A stretch of 64,000 nt of DNA from the NCBI GenBank assembly GCA_036261885.1, contig DATAJY010000012.1:143458-207457 (forward strand), read 5' to 3'. A program made the translations under genes and the position numbers. Positions within the stretch are counted from its first letter, which is position 1. Every line of letters begins with the position of its first letter. Below the pieces are notes generated by a model that made no database searches, was not told the origin of the DNA, and saw only the letters and a program-made list of their open reading frames with translations. This document shows, piece after piece, positions 34,742 through 45,733 of this stretch. The DNA comes from Thermoanaerobaculia bacterium (GTDB lineage Bacteria > Acidobacteriota > Thermoanaerobaculia > Gp7-AA8).

Positions 34742-36190
34742 TCACCCTCCCCGAAACCACCTCTTCACCCTCTCCCACCGCCCCGGCTTCTTCTCCGCTT
34801 CCTTCTTCTCGGGCGCCGGCTCGTCGCTCTCGCGTTTCGTTTTTCTCGCGGTGCGCTCCACTTCGACTTCCGTTTTCGGGGTTTGTTCGTCGAGCAGCTT
34901 CTGTGTCGCGTCGCGTTCGGTCCGGGCGACGAGGCTTTGCGGATGGCGTTTGAGGAAATCGTCATAGAGCGCGAGCGATTCTTCGAACTTGCCGTCGCGC
35001 GTCAGTGCCCGCGCGCGTTCGAGCTCCGACTTCTTTGCCTGGTCGAGCCGCACCTGTTCGGGCGTGATCACCGCGACCGGCTTCTGCTTCGAGATGCCGC
35101 TGCGCAGTGCGACCACCGCCGTGGCCAGTCCGCCGACGAGCAGGAGCACGATCAACCAGAACGCGATCGCCGGCACGTCGCGATTGAAGCGGCGGCGCGG
35201 CGTCGCTTCCCCGGGGATCTCGTCGATGAGCGTCGGCAGCGGCGTGCCGGCATCGTCGGCGTGCGGGATCATCACCGTCTCCGCGTCGCCGAACATCGTG
35301 TTGTCGACATCGCGCGGCGCGCGTCCGCTTTCCAGATCCGCGAGCGCATCGGCCGCCGCGGCGTAACGCTCTTCCGGCGTTTTCGCGAGCAGCTTCTGGA
35401 CGACGCGCGACACCGCTTGCGGCACCGCGGGATTCACCTCATGCACCGGTGAGGGGACGAGATTGACGACGTTGTAGAGGATGCCGCTGAGCTCCGGGGA
35501 GGCGAACGGCTTGATGCCGGTGAGCAGCTCGTACATCACCACGCCGGTGGAAAAGAGGTCGCTGCGCGGGGACACCGGCGTCGTGCGTACCTGCTCCGGC
35601 GACATGTAGTTCGGCGTGCCGACGAGCGTGCGCGTCGTGGTGAGGCTCGAATGCAGCGGACGCGCGACGCCGAAATCGGCGATCTTGGCCTGCCCCTCGG
35701 AGGTGAGCAGGATGTTCGCCGGCTTGATGTCGCGATGGATGATTCCTTTCGCGTGCGCGTACGCCAGCCCGCGCAGCACGTCGCACGCGATCGACATCGC
35801 TTCGACGAGCGGCAGCGGGCGCGTCCGGCGCAGCCGCGCCAGCAGCGACTCGCCGTCGATGTACTCGGTGGCGAAGTACGAGACCACCTCGCCGTCATAG
35901 CCGACGTCGTACAACGTGACGATGTTCGGATGCTGCATCGAGCCGCAGAGCTCGGCCTCGCGTTGCAACCGCTTGTAGAACTCACGCTCGTCGATGTCGT
36001 CTTCGAAACGATGCTCGAGGTGCACCGTCTTCAGCGCGACACGGCGGCCGATGCGGCGATGGCGGGCGAGATAGACCTTGCCGATCGATCCCTTGCCGAG
36101 GAACGACTCGACGTCGTAGTCGCCGTAGCGTGCGCCGTCTTGTGAAGCTTGTTCCGTCACGTCCTCGGGTAGAGTAAGCGAAGTCGTCAT
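34742..36190 (-). CDS. Ser/Thr protein kinase with single TM and C-terminal extracytoplasmic or charged tail
   Basis: Start ATG 36190. GKGSIGKVYLA...VALK, HRDIKPANILL, DFG and TPNYMSPEQ motifs. TM segment IAFWLIVLLLVGGLATAVVAL. Confidence 0.9.
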   Translation of the reverse strand: MTTSLTLPEDVTEQASQDGARYGDYDVESFLGKGSIGKVYLARHRRIGRRVALKTVHLEHRFEDDIDEREFYKRLQREAELCGSMQHPNIVTLYDVGYDGEVVSYFATEYIDGESLLARLRRTRPLPLVEAMSIACDVLRGLAYAHAKGIIHRDIKPANILLTSEGQAKIADFGVARPLHSSLTTTRTLVGTPNYMSPEQVRTTPVSPRSDLFSTGVVMYELLTGIKPFASPELSGILYNVVNLVPSPVHEVNPAVPQAVSRVVQKLLAKTPEERYAAAADALADLESGRAPRDVDNTMFGDAETVMIPHADDAGTPLPTLIDEIPGEATPRRRFNRDVPAIAFWLIVLLLVGGLATAVVALRSGISKQKPVAVITPEQVRLDQAKKSELERARALTRDGKFEESLALYDDFLKRHPQSLVARTERDATQKLLDEQTPKTEVEVERTARKTKRESDEPAPEKKEAEKKPGRWERVKRWFRGG

Positions 36191-36201
36191 CCGGGAGCCC
36201 C

Positions 36202-38409
36202 ATGCGATCGCTCGTTCCAGTCCACATTCTTGCCAGTGTCCTGTCCGCTTTCCTCGTTCCGTTTGCCGCCGCGCAGGAGCCGATGTGCGGCACGAGCGCC
36301 GATCACGATCGTTATCTCGAAGCGCTGCACGCGCGTCCGCGCGGCGGTGTTTCCGCGCTCGCGCAGAACACGTCGATGCTGCGCGACGGCGCGTTCTATC
36401 TGCCGGCCGATGAGTTGATCCTGCCGGGCTATCACCGTTTCGATCTCGAAGGGACGTCGCTGGTGTTCGAGCCGCTGCCCAGCGGCTATGCGATGCGTCG
36501 CGAAACGGCGCCGCCAATCCTCTCCGCTCCGGCGCTTCGCGACTTCGATCAGACGCAGCCGGACGACGCCTGGTTCGTCGCGTACGACCTGCCGTTCGCG
36601 TTTCCGATCTTCGGCCGCAACGTGACGCGGATCTACATCACGAAATTCAACGAGATCCGCTTTGATCCTCCCGTCGCGCAAACGAATGCGGTGCAGTTCG
36701 GTGCAGCAGAGGTCGCGGCGACCCCAGAGCCGGTCGTCTCGCCGCTCGTCCTGACGACGAGCAAACCGCGGCTGGTCGTAAATCCCGAAGTCTCCGTCGA
36801 AGCGACGGCGAATTCCGTTCGCGTGCAATGGGTGAGCGCGACGCCGGTGGAAGTGGATGCCGAGGAGACGCTGCGGCGGCGCGTCGAGTATGTGGTGCAG
36901 GCGGAGTTGCGTGGCGACGGCACGATCGTGCTGGCCTATCCGGCTGCATCGCCACTGCTGTGGGGCGCGCCGTTGATCTCGGCCGGAACGATCGGCCGCA
37001 ATCCGATCGCCGGTCTGGCCGATCCGATCGATGTGATCTCGACGTCTGTGCCGGTGGAACTGCGGCCGATGCTCGACATCACCGGCGTCGAGACCAATCG
37101 CATCAATGACGCGGATGTGTTTTCGATTCGCGCCACGCTCGCGGCGACGCCGGATGTGACGAAGCTCGGTGAAGGCGAGTCATTTCGCTTTCTCTTCGTC
37201 GCGGAGGATGACAGCGGCTACGTCGACATCGACGCGAGCGGTGTGGTCGTGACCGGGTTCGGTGCGCCGAAAGGGGTGGCCAGCGCGATCTCCGCGAAGC
37301 TCGTGAACAATACGATCGAGCTGTTCGGCTTGCAGCGCGACGCGGGATCGTCCTCGATCGTTTCGGTGCGCGTGCTCTCGTTCCTGCGGCCGCGTCCCGT
37401 CGTCATCGATGCGACGGGCACGTTGCAGATGCGGCTCGATGCCGCGCCGAAGCGGACGTCGCTCGACCTTTCTGCCGTTGCGAATGGAACCGAGCTGACG
37501 CTGCCGATCGCCGAGACGTTCGAGCTCGCGCCGCTCGATGTGAATGCGGTGTGGGATCGGCTGCAGTACGAGCAGAAGCTCAGCGACTACGACGTTGACG
37601 GCGTGGCGATCTATCAGTCGTTCTATACCGACATCATCTTCTACGCCGGTGCGTACTCGACGCGCGGCAATCCGGCGGTCGATGGCATTGCGCCGGGGCA
37701 GCCGCCGTTCCGCCAGCGCGATCCGCGTTTTCCCGCGCTGCTGCACATGAATCAGCTGACGTACAACTACAGTGCCGCGCCGGAGACGGCCTCGAAGGTG
37801 CTGCTGCACGAGTTCGGGCATCGCTGGCTCTACTTCATCTCCATCGCCGAGGATGGTGTCGCGACGCGGTCGTTGAATCCGGTGAGCTCGCATCCCGCGG
37901 CGTACGTGCACACGCCGTCGGCGTTTCCGGTGTACGGCGAGAACGAGTCGTCGGTGATGGGCGGCGCGTATTTCGCGCAGCAGGGCGACGGCGCGTACAG
38001 GGCGCACGCCGCGAACATGGGCTACAGCTGGACCGATCTCTATCTGATGGGCCTCGCCGCGCCGGGTGAAGTGCCGAACTGGTTCTATCTCGCGGGGACG
38101 ACGTTGCCGCTGGAGTACTGGCCCGCCGAAGGCGCGGTCGTGACCAACCCCGCGCGCAAAGAGGTGGGCATCGAACAGGTTCTCGCCGCGCAGGGCTCCC
38201 GTTTTCCATCGCACGAGCTCGGCCAGCGCAAGTTCCGCCTGCTCTTCGTGCTCGTCACCGAGCCGGGCACGAATCCCACACCGGCCGAGATCGCGAAGAT
38301 GAATGAGTGGCGCGCCCTGGTCGAACGCAATTTCGCATTGGCGACGGGCGGGAGAGGGAAGTTGGCGACGGAGTTCGTCAGGCCGGCGAAAACGCGGGCG
38401 GCGCGATAG
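36202..38409 (+). CDS. Secreted large protein with HExxH zinc-metalloprotease motif
   Basis: 735 aa. Signal peptide MRSLVPVHILASVLSAFLVPFAAA. VLLHEFGHRWLYF lies near residue 535. The family assignment is not resolved. Confidence 0.65.
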   Translation: MRSLVPVHILASVLSAFLVPFAAAQEPMCGTSADHDRYLEALHARPRGGVSALAQNTSMLRDGAFYLPADELILPGYHRFDLEGTSLVFEPLPSGYAMRRETAPPILSAPALRDFDQTQPDDAWFVAYDLPFAFPIFGRNVTRIYITKFNEIRFDPPVAQTNAVQFGAAEVAATPEPVVSPLVLTTSKPRLVVNPEVSVEATANSVRVQWVSATPVEVDAEETLRRRVEYVVQAELRGDGTIVLAYPAASPLLWGAPLISAGTIGRNPIAGLADPIDVISTSVPVELRPMLDITGVETNRINDADVFSIRATLAATPDVTKLGEGESFRFLFVAEDDSGYVDIDASGVVVTGFGAPKGVASAISAKLVNNTIELFGLQRDAGSSSIVSVRVLSFLRPRPVVIDATGTLQMRLDAAPKRTSLDLSAVANGTELTLPIAETFELAPLDVNAVWDRLQYEQKLSDYDVDGVAIYQSFYTDIIFYAGAYSTRGNPAVDGIAPGQPPFRQRDPRFPALLHMNQLTYNYSAAPETASKVLLHEFGHRWLYFISIAEDGVATRSLNPVSSHPAAYVHTPSAFPVYGENESSVMGGAYFAQQGDGAYRAHAANMGYSWTDLYLMGLAAPGEVPNWFYLAGTTLPLEYWPAEGAVVTNPARKEVGIEQVLAAQGSRFPSHELGQRKFRLLFVLVTEPGTNPTPAEIAKMNEWRALVERNFALATGGRGKLATEFVRPAKTRAAR

Positions 38410-38415
38410 ACGGCG

Positions 38416-38850
38416 TCATCGCCGTTGCGCGACGTTCGATGTGTGTGCGCTCACCAGCAGCCACTTTCCTTTGCGTTTCACGTAGACGTCGGTGTAGCGC
38501 AGATCGCTTTGATAGCGGATGCCGCCGAGGGTGAAGCGCTGGAGCATGCGTCCGGTGACGACGGCGGCGTCGCCGTAGAGACGGATCTGGACTTCGCGCG
38601 GATCGTACGGCTCCATCTTCATGCCGGTGGTGGCGAGCTCGCGGATGACGTCGGCTTTGGAGCGGCGCGTGCCGCCGGGAGTGATGAGCACGTAGTCGTC
38701 GCCGAGGTTTTTCTCGAACCACTCCGCGTCGCCGGTCCAGGTGGCCACGGTGATTTCCTCATCCAGCCGTTTGATTTCCTCGAGGTCATCGGCGAGGGCG
38801 ACGCTCGAAACGAGCATCAGCGCGATCGCGAACAACGGGAATCGTTTCAT
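38416..38850 (-). CDS. DUF4440/SnoaL-like (NTF2-fold) secreted protein
   Basis: 144 aa with a signal peptide. WFEKNLGDDYVLITPGGTRRSKADVI...YTDVYVKRKGKWLLVSAHTS is the typical DUF4440 pattern. Confidence 0.7.
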   Translation of the reverse strand: MKRFPLFAIALMLVSSVALADDLEEIKRLDEEITVATWTGDAEWFEKNLGDDYVLITPGGTRRSKADVIRELATTGMKMEPYDPREVQIRLYGDAAVVTGRMLQRFTLGGIRYQSDLRYTDVYVKRKGKWLLVSAHTSNVAQRR

Positions 38851-38983
38851 CGCGCTCCGAACCTAAAGCGAGTCGGCGGGAGGGTCAAGGACATCGCGAC
38901 GCTTGATCCGGTTCCGTAACCCGAGCGGCGCGAGGTCGTGACGCGGGAATGGAATTGCGTTTCGCTGTATATAGACCGTCCGT

Positions 38984-40660
<1,677 letters not shown>

Positions 40661-40680
40661 GGCGGGCGGCGGGAGCCGCG

Positions 40681-40750
40681 TGCTCAGCCGGCGGGACGCC
40701 GGCGCTCCGCGATGATGCTGACGGAACGCCGGCGTCCCGCCGGCTGAGCA
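40681..40750. terminator. 24-bp perfect inverted repeat between convergent genes (bidirectional terminator candidate)
   Basis: TGCTCAGCCGGCGGGACGCCGGCG (40681-40704) and its exact reverse complement (40727-40750), with a 22-nt loop. No T-run. Confidence 0.5.
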
Positions 40751-40782
40751 GTGCGCCGTCCCGGCGCGGGTGGGCGGCGCTT

Positions 40783-42024
40783 CTACAACGATCGCAGGAA
40801 CGCCAGCAGGCGATTCCGATCGTTCGCGTTCAATGCATTGAAGCGATCGCGTGACGCGCGTCCCTGCCCGTCGTGCGCATTGATCGCCGCGTCGAGCGTG
40901 TTCGCGCGGCCGTCGTGCAGGAATTGCGTGACCACGCGCAGTCCCCACAGCGGTGCGGTGCGGATCTCGCGTGCGCTCGCGGCGCCCTGCGGAATGCCGT
41001 CGCCGAGGTTGCCCATGTCGTGCAGCAGGAAATCGGAGTACGGCTGATACGTGACGCGATTCAGCGCCGCGATCGCATGCGCGCCGCTCTGCAGCGACGC
41101 GACGTGACAGGAGTTGCAGCCGATCTGATTGAAGAGCTGTTCGCCTGCATTCGTGTCGGCGTTCGTGGCGCCGCGCGGCGGAGCGGCGAGAATGGCCATG
41201 AAATCGGCGAGCAGGGTCACGTCTTCGCCGCCGTCGTTCAATCCCGGGCGCGGGTTGAACTGCAGCTCCGCGCAGTTGCCGCCCGGGCAGTTTTCATTCG
41301 GGAACGCGGGGCTGGTGATCCCCATCTCGTTGAGATACGCGTCGCCGGAGAATTGCAGCAGCGTCGCGATCTGCGCCTTCCAGCCGAACTTGCCGACCGT
41401 GCGCGTGCCCGCCGCGGCGTTGTCGACCAGCGCCACGCGGCCGGCGGTGCCGTCGTTGCGTGCGGCCTGTGCCGCCGCGAGGTTGATGAACGTCTGATCG
41501 GGCGTCGCGTCGACGAGACCGAGACCGAACAGCGGCGTCGATCTGCGCCGCGTGACGACGTTCGCCTGTTGCGGCACCTGCTCCGGACGGAACGCATGCG
41601 GCGAGCCGTCGCGCGGGCCGATGGCCTGATTCTGCAGGAGCTGCCCGCCGAGGTTCATGAGTGGATCGTAGACGCCGTTCGTCGTCCGGCCGATGCGCGT
41701 CACGAGGCGATTGCTCCCGCCGCCGAGCGCGGGCTGATTGTGGCATTCGCCGCACGAGCGCCCGTTGAAGACCGGACCGAGTCCGTCGTCGACATCCTCG
41801 ACGCTCCCGAACTCCGTTCTGCCTTCATTGAAGCGCGCCGTCTGTGCGGCATTCAGGCCGGCCAGAGGTGCGCCGAAATTGACTGGCGGCTGCGGTTGCG
41901 GTTGAGGCTGTGGCGCGGGCGGTGGAGGGGTCTGCGGCCCGGCCGCACGCCTGCGGCCCTGCGCCTCCGCGCCGCCTGCCAGAACGAGTGAACAAAGCGC
42001 GGCCACTGCGAGAAATCGCTTCAT
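40783..42024 (-). CDS. Di-haem cytochrome c oxidoreductase-like protein (DUF1111-like)
   Basis: Start ATG 42024 with AAGGAG SD. Signal peptide and a Pro/Gln-rich linker. Two CxxCH motifs (CGECHN, CNSCHV). Confidence 0.8.
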   Translation of the reverse strand: MKRFLAVAALCSLVLAGGAEAQGRRRAAGPQTPPPPAPQPQPQPQPPVNFGAPLAGLNAAQTARFNEGRTEFGSVEDVDDGLGPVFNGRSCGECHNQPALGGGSNRLVTRIGRTTNGVYDPLMNLGGQLLQNQAIGPRDGSPHAFRPEQVPQQANVVTRRRSTPLFGLGLVDATPDQTFINLAAAQAARNDGTAGRVALVDNAAAGTRTVGKFGWKAQIATLLQFSGDAYLNEMGITSPAFPNENCPGGNCAELQFNPRPGLNDGGEDVTLLADFMAILAAPPRGATNADTNAGEQLFNQIGCNSCHVASLQSGAHAIAALNRVTYQPYSDFLLHDMGNLGDGIPQGAASAREIRTAPLWGLRVVTQFLHDGRANTLDAAINAHDGQGRASRDRFNALNANDRNRLLAFLRSL

Positions 42025-42037
42025 TTTCGGACTCCTT

Positions 42038-42171
42038 GGTTGTCGGTAGTCGGTTGTCGGTAATCGGTGGAACGATGAGAATTGGGGAAGTTGCGAATTG
42101 GACTGAGCGAGTGCGGTTGCGTTTACGTACGCCCTACAACCGACAAGCGACAACCGATGACTGACGACTGA
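42038..42171. repeat. Heptamer-armed element E2
   Basis: Left arm: GGTTGTC GGTAGTC GGTTGTC GGTAATC (42038-42065). 64-nt core. Right arm: CAACCGA CAAGCGA CAACCGA TGACTGA CGACTGA (42137-42171), ending on the A of the kinase ATG. Confidence 0.8.
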
Positions 42172-43241
42172 TGAAACGAGATCTCGAGATCATTGCCTCC
42201 ATCGCCGAGGCGTTGAACAGCGCGCCGGATGTGCAGGAGGCGCTGGAGCGGACGCTCGATGTGATTGCGCGCGAGCTCGATCTCGACACCGGCTGGGTGT
42301 GGCTGCTCGACGCGGAGACCGGCCACGTCTACAGCGCCGCCGCGCGCAATCTGCCGCCGTATCTGCAGGAGCCGATGCGCATGAGCGGTTCGTCCTGCTG
42401 GTGCATCGAGCAGTTTCGCGCGGGCGAGCTCAGTGCCGCGAACGTCGACGTGATGGGCTGCAGCCGTTTGCGGCCGGCGCTGCATCGCGACGATCTCACG
42501 CGCGGCATCGCCCATCACGCCACCGTGCCGCTCTTCTTCCAGGACCAGCCCCTCGGCGTGCTCAATGTCACGGCGCGCGAGATGCGCCGCCTCTCCGCGC
42601 GCGAACTGCGACTGTTGTCCACGATCGGCTTTCAACTCGGCGTCGCCATCGAGCGCGCAAGACTCGCCGAGGAAAGCGCCACGCATGCGCGCGCCGATGA
42701 ACGGACGCGACTGGCGCGCGAGATTCACGACACCATCGCTCAGAGCCTCACCGCGATCGCGCTGCAGATCGAGTCGGGGAATCTCGACGAGGCGCTGCGC
42801 GTCACGCGCGCCACGCTCGACGAAGCGCGCCGCTCCGTGATGAATCTGCGCGCGGAGCCGCTGGCCGGACGGCCGCTCGCGCAGGCGCTGGCCTGGCTCG
42901 TCCGCGAATTCACCTCCGCCTCCGGCGTGCGCGTTTCCCTCGATGCCGCGCCGTGCGGCTTGCCGCTCGCCGTCGAAGCGGAGCTCTATCGCATCGCCGA
43001 ACAGGCCCTCGCGAACGTGCGGCAGCATGCGCATGCGAAGCACGTCGACGTGGCGTTGCGTTGCACGAAAACCGCGGTGACGCTCACGATTCAGGATGAT
43101 GGCCGCGGCTTCGAGGTGCGCCGCGTGCCGGACGATCGCCACGGCATCCGCGGCATGCGCGAGCGCGCGAAGCTCGCCGGCGGCACGATGAAGATCGATA
43201 CGAAACAGGGAACGACGATCGTCGTGCGCGTGCCGCGATGA
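42171..43241 (+). CDS. GAF-domain sensor histidine kinase (HisKA_3 / NarL-partner type)
   Basis: 356 aa. H-box REIHDTIAQSLTAI and an HATPase_c C-terminus (ALANVRQHA...DDGRGF...GIRGMRERA). Confidence 0.85.
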   Translation: MKRDLEIIASIAEALNSAPDVQEALERTLDVIARELDLDTGWVWLLDAETGHVYSAAARNLPPYLQEPMRMSGSSCWCIEQFRAGELSAANVDVMGCSRLRPALHRDDLTRGIAHHATVPLFFQDQPLGVLNVTAREMRRLSARELRLLSTIGFQLGVAIERARLAEESATHARADERTRLAREIHDTIAQSLTAIALQIESGNLDEALRVTRATLDEARRSVMNLRAEPLAGRPLAQALAWLVREFTSASGVRVSLDAAPCGLPLAVEAELYRIAEQALANVRQHAHAKHVDVALRCTKTAVTLTIQDDGRGFEVRRVPDDRHGIRGMRERAKLAGGTMKIDTKQGTTIVVRVPR

Positions 43242-43822
43242 AGATCGTGATCGTCGATGATCATCCGATCGTGCGGGAAGGTCTGGCCGCGGCGCTGGCG
43301 CGGCAGCAGGAGTTCGAGATCGTCGCGCAGTTCGGTTCCGCGGAAGAGTTGCTGTCGTCGCGCGTCGCGGCGGACGTCGTGCTGCTCGATCTCGAACTGC
43401 CGGGGATGAGCGGCGTGGATGCGGTGGCGCAGCTCGACACGCCGGTGCTCGTGCTCACGGCGTATGCGAACGACGAGCAGATCGATGCGGTGCTGCGCGC
43501 CGGCGCGCTCGGATACCTGTTGAAAGGCGCGGCACTCGCGGAGATCGAGCATGCGCTCCGCACGGTCGCGCGCGGCCAGCGCTACATCGATCCGCGCGTC
43601 GCCTCGCGACTGGTCGCGCTCACCAGCGCGCCGCGCCTTTCGCCGCGCGAGCGGGAAGTGCTGCGACGCATCGCCGCCGGCAAATCGAACAAGGAGATCG
43701 CCACCGACCTCGGCGTCACCGAACGCACGGCCAAGTTCCACGTCACCGCGATCCTGACCAAGCTGAATGCCGAGAATCGCGCCGAGGCCGTACGCATCGG
43801 AATCGAGAAAGGGGTGGTGTGA
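43238..43822 (+). CDS. NarL/FixJ (LuxR-type) response regulator
   Basis: ATGA overlap with the kinase gene. REC domain (VIVDDHPIVREGL, LLDLELPGMSG) and a LuxR HTH (LSPREREVLRRIAAGKSNKEIA). Confidence 0.9.
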   Translation: MKIVIVDDHPIVREGLAAALARQQEFEIVAQFGSAEELLSSRVAADVVLLDLELPGMSGVDAVAQLDTPVLVLTAYANDEQIDAVLRAGALGYLLKGAALAEIEHALRTVARGQRYIDPRVASRLVALTSAPRLSPREREVLRRIAAGKSNKEIATDLGVTERTAKFHVTAILTKLNAENRAEAVRIGIEKGVV

Positions 43823-43829
43823 GGAGGCA

Positions 43830-43930
43830 GGAGTCGGGAGTCGGTTGTCGGTAGTCGGGAGACCCCAACCCACCCGCGAAAGCGAAGCGGTGATCGGGTG
43901 GTGGCCTCCCGACTCCCGACTCCCGACTCC
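43830..43930. repeat. Heptamer-armed element E3
   Basis: Left arm: GAGTCGG GAGTCGG TTGTCGG TAGTCGG GAG (43831-43861). 43-nt core ending GGGTGGTGGCC. Right arm: CTCCCGA x3 (43906-43926). Confidence 0.85.
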
Positions 43931-43994
43931 CGACTCTTCACACCTGTACTTCCGTACATGGTTGAGAGCGCAGCGCGTGCTGCATCTTCTCCTC

Positions 43995-44648
43995 ATGAAA
44001 CCTACTGCTCTCATCACCGGTGCTTCGCAGGGGCTTGGTCGTGCGGTGGCGCGGCTGCTCGCGCGGCGCGGGTATCGTCTCGTTCTCAATGCTCGCAATG
44101 CGGAGCCGCTGCAGGCGCTGGCGCGCGAGCTCGATGCGCTCGCGGTTCCGGGAGATGTTTCCGAAATAGCCGAGGAGCTCGCCGCGAAGGCTGGGGCGAT
44201 CGACGTCCTCATCAACAACGCCTCGGAGCTCGGTCCGCTGCCGATGCCGCGCCTCGAGGAGTATCCGTGGGACGCGCTGCTGCGCGTGTTCCAAGTCAAC
44301 GCCGTCGCGCCGTTGCATCTCGCGCAACTCGTGCTGCCGCGGATGAAGGAGCGCGGCTCCGGCACGATCCTCAACATCATTTCGGATGCCGGCATCAACG
44401 CGTACCCGGGCTGGGGCGGCTACGGCGCCAGCAAGGCCGCGTTGCTCCATCTCTCGCGCACGCTCGCCGCGGAGCTCGAAGGCACAGGCGTGCGCGTCTT
44501 CGCGGTCGATCCCGGCGACATGCACACGGAGATGCATCGCCTCGCGCTCGGCGTCGATGTCGGCGCCGATCTCTCGCATCTGCCGATGCCGGAAGAGGTC
44601 GCGCCGATGATCGTTCGCTACTTCGACGAGCTCGCGGAGGCGGTATGA
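43995..44648 (+). CDS. Short-chain dehydrogenase/reductase
   Basis: Internal ATG 43995. TGASQGLGRAVA (TGxxxGxG), NNAS, and YGASKAAL (YxxxK). Confidence 0.85.
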   Translation: MKPTALITGASQGLGRAVARLLARRGYRLVLNARNAEPLQALARELDALAVPGDVSEIAEELAAKAGAIDVLINNASELGPLPMPRLEEYPWDALLRVFQVNAVAPLHLAQLVLPRMKERGSGTILNIISDAGINAYPGWGGYGASKAALLHLSRTLAAELEGTGVRVFAVDPGDMHTEMHRLALGVDVGADLSHLPMPEEVAPMIVRYFDELAEAV

Positions 44649-45655
44649 CGACGCTCGACTTCGAGCTCCCGCGCGAGCTGGAAGCGCGCGAGCCGGCGGA
44701 GCTGCGCGGCGCGGGGCGCGATGACGTGCGCCTGCTCGTCAGCGTTCTCGCGGACGACGAGCTCGTGCACGCACACTTTCGCGACCTGCCGCGATTCCTG
44801 CGGCCAGACGATCTGCTCGTGCTCAACACGACCGCGACGCTTCCGGCCGCGCTCTCCGCGATTCGCGACGACGGCGACGTGATCGCGCTCCATGTGTCGA
44901 TGCCGATCGCGGCGGGATTGTTCGTCGTCGAGCCACGCGTCGCCGGACGCGAGCCGGCGAAGACGCGGGAACGATTCGCGTTGCCGGACGAGCTCACCTG
45001 CACGCTGCTCGCGCCGTATCGCGATTCGCAGCGGCTGTGGATCGCGTCGATCGGCGTTGCCGACATGCGCGCGTATCTCGCGCGCTACGGCCGTCCGATT
45101 CACTACTCGTACATCGAGCGGCCGTATCCGCTTGACGCCTATCAAACCGTCTTCGCCGATGCTCCCGGTTCGGCGGAGATGCCCTCCGCCGGCCGCGCGT
45201 TCACACGCGAGATGCTGGTCTGCCTGCGGCGCAGCGGCGTCCGTCTGGCGAAGCTCGTGCTGCATGCCGGCGTGGCCAGTCTCGAAGCGCACGAGCGTCC
45301 GTACGAGGAGCACTACGAGGTGCCGTTGCGCACGGCGGAGGAGGTGCGGCGTGCGAAAGCGCGCGGCGGGCGCGTCATCGCGGTCGGCACGACGGTCGTG
45401 CGCGCGCTCGAGTCCTCCGTCGATCGCGATGGCCGCGTGATCGCCTCGCGCGGATGGACCGATCTCGTGATCACACCGGAACGCGGCGTGCGCGTCGTCG
45501 ACTCGTTGCTCACCGGTCTGCACGAGCCGCGCGCGACGCACCTGGCGATGCTCGAGGCGATCGCCGGCCGCACGCACATCGAGCGCGCCTATGCCGCCGC
45601 CGTCGCGGAAAAATATCTGTGGCACGAGTTCGGCGATCTGCACCTCCTGCTCTGA
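44645..45655 (+). CDS. queA: S-adenosylmethionine:tRNA ribosyltransferase-isomerase-like
   Basis: ATGA overlap with the SDR gene. 336 aa, colinear with E. coli QueA blocks (FELP, LLVLN.T, YQTV.A...GS.E.PSAG, VIAVGTT.VRALES, KY...EFGD). Confidence 0.75.
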   Translation: MTTLDFELPRELEAREPAELRGAGRDDVRLLVSVLADDELVHAHFRDLPRFLRPDDLLVLNTTATLPAALSAIRDDGDVIALHVSMPIAAGLFVVEPRVAGREPAKTRERFALPDELTCTLLAPYRDSQRLWIASIGVADMRAYLARYGRPIHYSYIERPYPLDAYQTVFADAPGSAEMPSAGRAFTREMLVCLRRSGVRLAKLVLHAGVASLEAHERPYEEHYEVPLRTAEEVRRAKARGGRVIAVGTTVVRALESSVDRDGRVIASRGWTDLVITPERGVRVVDSLLTGLHEPRATHLAMLEAIAGRTHIERAYAAAVAEKYLWHEFGDLHLLL

Positions 45656-45733
45656 GCCGTAACGCCGCGCCGGCATCCGTGCGGAGAAATTCCTCCCGCG
45701 CCTTCGAGGTTCACCCATTTCCGCATTCCGACG

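Noticed and set aside
33631-34967. ORFs reading through the heptamer repeats (33631..34629-, 34620..34967+, 34639..34953+, 34448..34675-). Similar repeat-derived N-terminal extensions occur at 43767, 43898, 54624-55193, 55082 and 40783-42153
   Set aside because: The 7-aa periodic peptides (FNFQFSI, VVGCRLS, PTTDSRL) are translation artefacts of 7-nt tandem repeats. The real genes start at internal Met codons after the repeats.
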